A DNA stretch of 62,089 bases. It comes from a virus. Lineage: Duplodnaviria; Caudoviricetes. The stretch covers positions 1 through 62,089 of the IMG/VR virus record IMGVR_UViG_3300032243_000799; one strand, given 5' to 3'. Made by a program: the position numbers and the translations under genes. Positions 57,607 to 62,089 of the stretch are shown piece after piece (the first letter of the stretch is position 1; each line of letters opens with the position of its first letter). The notes under the pieces are model-generated. The model was not told where the DNA came from. It saw only the letters and a list, made by a program, of their open reading frames with translations, and did no database searches.

Positions 57607-58270
57607 GTCTAACTCCAGAACAAAAACATCAATTTAATCGTCTTATAGACTATAGAGACGAATTAACTAATTCTCTTTTTCATATTGAACGTATTCTGAA
57701 ACATTATTTTCCAGAAGAATTTGATATTGCGTATCAACACTGGATTCCACAAATAACTACTGCTCTTTATGAAGATAAACGGTGGCTTAATCGTGGTGAA
57801 CAGACTATGCAAAATACTATCAACAGATTAATGGATAAAATTCAAGAAGAAACCGGCCAAAGTATCAAAAGATTTATATAATTAGGGGTATAATTATGAG
57901 TAAGGTTTATGCTATCGTTGATATTGATGGTTATGTCTCAGAAATGAGAAAGGCTGCGGCACAATCATTCTCTGATAATTATCATGAAAATTTGGATGAA
58001 TTTATCAGTATTGGTCAGATGATCAATTTGGTTAATAAACATTGTGTTGGTTTTGACGATCTTGACCGTCCTATGCTTGATGAAGAATCCAATAACGATA
58101 TTTATGAAGATACTGTAATTTGGTTACATAATGTTGGATTGGCTAAGTTGGCAGCACAAAATCTTGTTGAGTGTGCTTGGGACGAAGAATCCAATGAAAT
58201 GATTTTCTGGAAAGCGGAAAATAAAAATGAACCAAAAAGAAAGCGAAAAAATAAAAAGTCTCAAGGATGA
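57603..58270 (+). other. Two hypothetical genes (57603-57881, 57896-58270)
   Basis: ORF track, coupling. Confidence 0.65.
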
Positions 58271-58437
58271 AATACATCATCTTAAGGAATATCTAGTATC
58301 AGACTGTTGTAAACAATGTTCTGATATTATCAATAAAATTGAACAACATCAGCAAGAGATTCAAAAATTACAGGAAAAAATGAATTTAGAGTGAAGCGTT
58401 GACAGGTCGATGGTCGATAGGTATAATAAGACAACAT

Positions 58438-58510
58438 GGGGCGTTCATCTAATGGTCTAAGATGTCACTCTTATAAGGTGATCAAGAAAGTTCGATTCTT
58501 TCACGCCCTA
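58438..58510 (+). tRNA. tRNA-Ile(TAT)
   Basis: GGGGCGT/ACGCCCT with A73, TCACT-CTTATAA-GGTGA, GTTCGAT; promoter at 58399-58427. Confidence 0.8.
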
Positions 58511-58540
58511 CTGGTTATTTCATTAACGTAAAAGGATTTT

Positions 58541-58744
58541 ATGATTCACAGATCGAAGCACTTATCAGTATATGTTATTCTTATTGGAACTCTACTTTTT
58601 TCAGTGGGTTTTAATATTGTACAACATAAACGTATTAAAAGTCTTGAACATTTGAGTGGTAATTCTTGGGTCACTGATGTTGAGTATCAGAAGATTAAAC
58701 AAGAAATTGAACGGTTGGAAAAGAATCCTTTTAACCTAAAATAA
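58541..58744 (+). CDS. Small membrane protein
   Basis: N-terminal TM helix, AAGGA SD. Confidence 0.6.
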   Translation: MIHRSKHLSVYVILIGTLLFSVGFNIVQHKRIKSLEHLSGNSWVTDVEYQKIKQEIERLEKNPFNLK

Positions 58745-58747
58745 TTA

Positions 58748-59102
58748 GGGGGCGTAACGGTATCGATTGGATATGGAAGATTATATTAGCAAGTAGTGGT
58801 TGGTGGAAGGGCCACTTTAAAAATCTACCAAATGCTTTAACTGGCACAAATCAGTTAGCACTTGCTGCCTGACAAAAAAGGGCAGTAACAGACTGCGATT
58901 GCGAATGAGGGTAGCGATCAAAAGTCTGTCGTTAAATCCCTCTGCACTTACAATGTCCAACGGGTTGTAGGTTAAGAGAAGTTGGTAAGATTGGATTAGT
59001 CTTGTTTATTCTGTAGTCCAATTTAATTCATGAATAAAATAAACTTGTAGAAAATGTAATTAGAAATATCGCAAGAAATGGGTTCGACTCCCATCGCCTC
59101 CA
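58748..59102 (+). ncRNA. ssrA: tmRNA, tag (A)GTNQLALAA
   Basis: 5' GGGGGCG pairs with 3' CGCCTCC-A including G3:U70; GGGTTCGACTCCC T-arm; tag ORF 58843-58872 after TTAACT. Confidence 0.9.
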
Positions 59103-59158
59103 ATAAAATCCCGCCGATCTCCATATCTGGTGTATTATTAATCACCAAGGAGATATTT

Positions 59159-59710
59159 ATGATGACAAAAACTAAAATTATATGTGCTAATTGCGGTAAA
59201 CAAATAGAAAAACTAGCAGCAGAAATTAAAAGACAAAAGAAAAAGGGTAAGACTAAATTTTATTGTAATCTTAAATGTGCTGGCAGAGATAATTGTAGTC
59301 ACTTAGAACAATATCGTAAACAAACAACTGAAATCATTAAAAAATATTGCGATAATCGGCAGGATGAATATTCCCCATATAGATATCATTTTAATATAGC
59401 AAAAAGAAGATCACTTACATACAAAAGAGATTTTGATATCACACTAGAATTCCTTAAAGAACTTTGGCTATCTCAGGATGGGAAATGTGCTGTTACTGGA
59501 TTGCCTTTGGGTATTAAGTATATTCAAACCAAAAAAACAAAAAAAGACAAAACTCCATTGCAAGCGTCTTTAGATAGAATAGACAATAATAAAGGCTATA
59601 CTAAAGATAATGTTAGGTTTGTATGTTATATGTTTAATATAGCAAGAAACGATTTTAATGATAGGCAAGTTATAGATTTTTGTCAACAAGTTACGGAGAA
59701 TATTAAATGA
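59159..59710 (+). CDS. His-Me finger (HNH-like) homing endonuclease
   Basis: QDGKCAVTG...ASLDRIDNNKGYTKDNVRFVC..FN. Confidence 0.85.
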   Translation: MMTKTKIICANCGKQIEKLAAEIKRQKKKGKTKFYCNLKCAGRDNCSHLEQYRKQTTEIIKKYCDNRQDEYSPYRYHFNIAKRRSLTYKRDFDITLEFLKELWLSQDGKCAVTGLPLGIKYIQTKKTKKDKTPLQASLDRIDNNKGYTKDNVRFVCYMFNIARNDFNDRQVIDFCQQVTENIK

Positions 59711-59837
59711 GTTTCTGGAAAAAGTTTTTTAAGAAGTCTGAAAAGAAAAACCAAAAACATCACGATGAAGAAATGCAATATCTTGCTCGTCTAGAAAAAA
59801 AGATGAAAAAGTTAGAGCGTAAACTCAAAAAGAAAAC

Positions 59838-60185
59838 ATGAGAAAAGTTTGTCTCTACTGTAAGAAAAGAAAAAATAAAAAATCTTTTCCCAAACATATA
59901 TCCCATAAGGATAAACTTGACAGTAGATGCCGTTGTTGTATTAAAAAGCATACTAAGGTAAGAAACAAACTACATAAGATAGCACCACCAAAACCAATGG
60001 TTTGTGAGTGTTGTAAAAAAGTCCCAAAACAATGGGCTTTAGATCATGATCATGCTGACGATACTTTCAGAGGATGGTTATGTAAAAGATGTAATGAAGG
60101 ATTAGGAAAACTAGGCGATAATCTTGAAGGCGTTGTTAACGCTATGAATTATTTTCTTTCAAGGCCAAAAAAGAATCATGCTTAA
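59838..60185 (+). CDS. Endonuclease VII family protein
   Basis: CECC...LDHDH...FRGWLCKRCNEGLGKLGD. Confidence 0.85.
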   Translation: MRKVCLYCKKRKNKKSFPKHISHKDKLDSRCRCCIKKHTKVRNKLHKIAPPKPMVCECCKKVPKQWALDHDHADDTFRGWLCKRCNEGLGKLGDNLEGVVNAMNYFLSRPKKNHA

Positions 60186-60960
60186 AATCATAACTGCCTA
60201 TACGAAAAATTATTCTAATATCATAAATAAAACCTTCCCAATAATACAAAATTATTGTGACTATCATGGTTTTAGTTTTTGTCCATATGAAATTCCTTCC
60301 AGTTTTAATAGACCCCCAGCATGGGCAAAAATTCAGTATCTATTAACAAGCCTAGAAGATAAAACACACAAATATTTGCTATGGCTAGACGCCGATACAA
60401 CAATAATGAATCCTAGATTTGATCCTATTTCTGTCATAGATCCAAACAAGTATATATATTTATCCAAAGACTTTAATAATATCAATACCGGAGTAATGAT
60501 ACTCAAAAATAATGAATATAATACTCAATTACTATATAAAGTATGGGGAATGACTGAATTTATCAATAGCGACTGGTGGGAACAATCAGCAATAATAAAC
60601 CTTGTAGATACTAATTATAAAGATATTCAATCTTACATAAAATATCTTCCAGCAAAAGAGTTTAATGCTTATAATCCAGAATTAAATTGCGATCCACAAT
60701 TTATTGTTGATGATAATAGTTTTGTTGTTCATATTGCCGGACAACCTTTTGAATTCAAGAATTTTCAAATCGCTCATTATAGTCAATATTATAAATCTAT
60801 TTTCAAAAACAAGACAAACACTGAAGCACTACCATATTTTGTGCAAAACCTAGAAAGTTTAATGGGTCTTAAAAAATCAGCAGAATCTAATGATGTGGAT
60901 ATTTCAGATTGGTGCGACCTTCTACTATTTAGACTTGTCCAAAACCTAAGAAAAGAATAA
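60178..60960 (+). CDS. Glycosyltransferase (GT34/MNN10-like)
   Basis: WAKI, LWLDADT, INTGVMI, WEQSA, VHIAG. Confidence 0.8.
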   Translation: MLKIITAYTKNYSNIINKTFPIIQNYCDYHGFSFCPYEIPSSFNRPPAWAKIQYLLTSLEDKTHKYLLWLDADTTIMNPRFDPISVIDPNKYIYLSKDFNNINTGVMILKNNEYNTQLLYKVWGMTEFINSDWWEQSAIINLVDTNYKDIQSYIKYLPAKEFNAYNPELNCDPQFIVDDNSFVVHIAGQPFEFKNFQIAHYSQYYKSIFKNKTNTEALPYFVQNLESLMGLKKSAESNDVDISDWCDLLLFRLVQNLRKE

Positions 60961-61021
60961 ATAGGACTTGACAAGCCAGTTTTCGTAGTGTAAAATACAC
61001 GAAACACAAGGAGACTATTGG

Positions 61022-62089
61022 ATGACTCACGATTTTAATTATGTTTGGGGAATGGTTCGTGATCTTCGTGCTACAAGTAGCACAATTGATAAGGTAGGAA
61101 TTATTGAGGATTATTGTGATCGTAATTCTGAGGCTGCAAATTTTGCTAAAAAGATTCTGCTGTATACCTACCATCCTCTTTGGCAGTATAATGTTACCAG
61201 TGATAACCTAAAGAAGAAAAGTTCGCTTCGTGGAAAGCAATATAAAAATTTCTTCGATCTATTGGATGATTTGAAGAGTCGAAAGATTACTGGTCACGAT
61301 GCTATCGGGGCAGTCCATACTTTTATTGATAGTCAATCAAATAAAGACAATATCGAAGAACTCATTTATTGTATCATTGATAAGGACTTGAAAACCCGTG
61401 CTGGCGACAAGATTATTAACAAGGCTATTTCTGACCATATTCCAGAATTTAGCGTAGCCTTGGCAGATAAGTATGAGCCAAAACTTGTAGACTGGAAGGA
61501 TGGTTGGTATGTTAGCAGAAAGATTGATGGTGCTAGATGTATTGGTATTGTTGATAGTAATGGTGATACTACCTTCTATTCCCGCACGGGAAAAGAGTTT
61601 GATACTCTTGGCGTCGTTAGGGATGGTATTAAGGCTCTTAACATTACTAATGTAGTATTTGATGGTGAACTTTGTCTTGTAGATGAAGATGGTAATGAAG
61701 ATTTTCAAGGAGTGATGAAGCAACTTAAAAAGAAGGATCACACCATCCCTAATCCATCTTTTAAAATTTTTGATATGCTGACGCATGATGAATTTTATAG
61801 CAAGAAGGGTGAGAAGAATCGTCCGTATTCTATTCGTTTGGCAAATCTGACAGAGATTATGGTAAAAAATGAATGTCCATGCCTTACTCTACTTGAGCAA
61901 GAATTGATTCATAATGATGAACATTTTCAAGAGTGGGTCAAAGAAGCAGCCGATTCTTTTTGGGAGGGTGTGATGCTGAGAGCAGACGAACCGTATAAAG
62001 GTAAGCGATCCAAAGACCTACTCAAAGTTAAGAAGTTTTTTGATGATGAGTATGAAGTTGTTGACGTAGAAATGGGGCCATTTAGATAT
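61022..62089 (+). CDS. lig: ATP-dependent DNA ligase (runs off the right edge)
   Basis: Not in the ORF track; translated by hand: SRKIDGARC (motif I), FDGEL, FKIFD, WEGVMLR, KRSKDLLKVK. Confidence 0.92.
   Translation, partial: MTHDFNYVWGMVRDLRATSSTIDKVGIIEDYCDRNSEAANFAKKILLYTYHPLWQYNVTSDNLKKKSSLRGKQYKNFFDLLDDLKSRKITGHDAIGAVHTFIDSQSNKDNIEELIYCIIDKDLKTRAGDKIINKAISDHIPEFSVALADKYEPKLVDWKDGWYVSRKIDGARCIGIVDSNGDTTFYSRTGKEFDTLGVVRDGIKALNITNVVFDGELCLVDEDGNEDFQGVMKQLKKKDHTIPNPSFKIFDMLTHDEFYSKKGEKNRPYSIRLANLTEIMVKNECPCLTLLEQELIHNDEHFQEWVKEAADSFWEGVMLRADEPYKGKRSKDLLKVKKFFDDEYEVVDVEMGPFRY

Noticed and set aside
59078-59158. ORF-track N-terminal extension of the endonuclease
   Set aside because: It overlaps the tmRNA 3' end; the AAGGAG SD supports ATG 59159.
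25409-61786. Minus-strand ORFs in the early and middle regions (e.g. 30517-31143, 40255-40716, 61337-61786)
   Set aside because: They are antisense to coherent plus-strand genes with promoters and SDs; only the HNH at 55756-56388 has motif support.
1-62089. Stop-codon reassignment
   Set aside because: Long core genes are intact in code 11, all three stop codons are used, and there is no suppressor tRNA.

Overview
This is a 62-kb piece of a large tailed-phage genome (siphovirus-like tail; standard genetic code). The host is unknown; Planctomycetota is only a weak guess. Bases 1-24.8 kb form a leftward morphogenesis block: tape measure, tail tube, neck, a head-fibre/decoration locus, capsid, protease/scaffold, portal, terminase, gmd and a phage sigma factor. 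Bases 25.5-41.2 kb are a rightward, visibly more GC-rich early region of small genes and 8 tRNAs. Bases 41.2-62 kb are an AT-rich rightward region with thyX, uvsE, HNH nucleases, a tRNA-Ile(UAU), a tmRNA and a partial ATP-dependent ligase. The most striking unexplained structure is in the early region. It is cut into gene modules by eleven 82-bp elements, each made of two 29-bp imperfect palindromes 53 bp apart, with a lone palindrome at each end of the region. Also present are sigma54-type -24/-12 boxes at a fixed offset from some elements, and a second fixed-length motif that forms C-GNA-G triloop hairpins on the template strand. All annotations come from reading motifs by eye; no searches were run.
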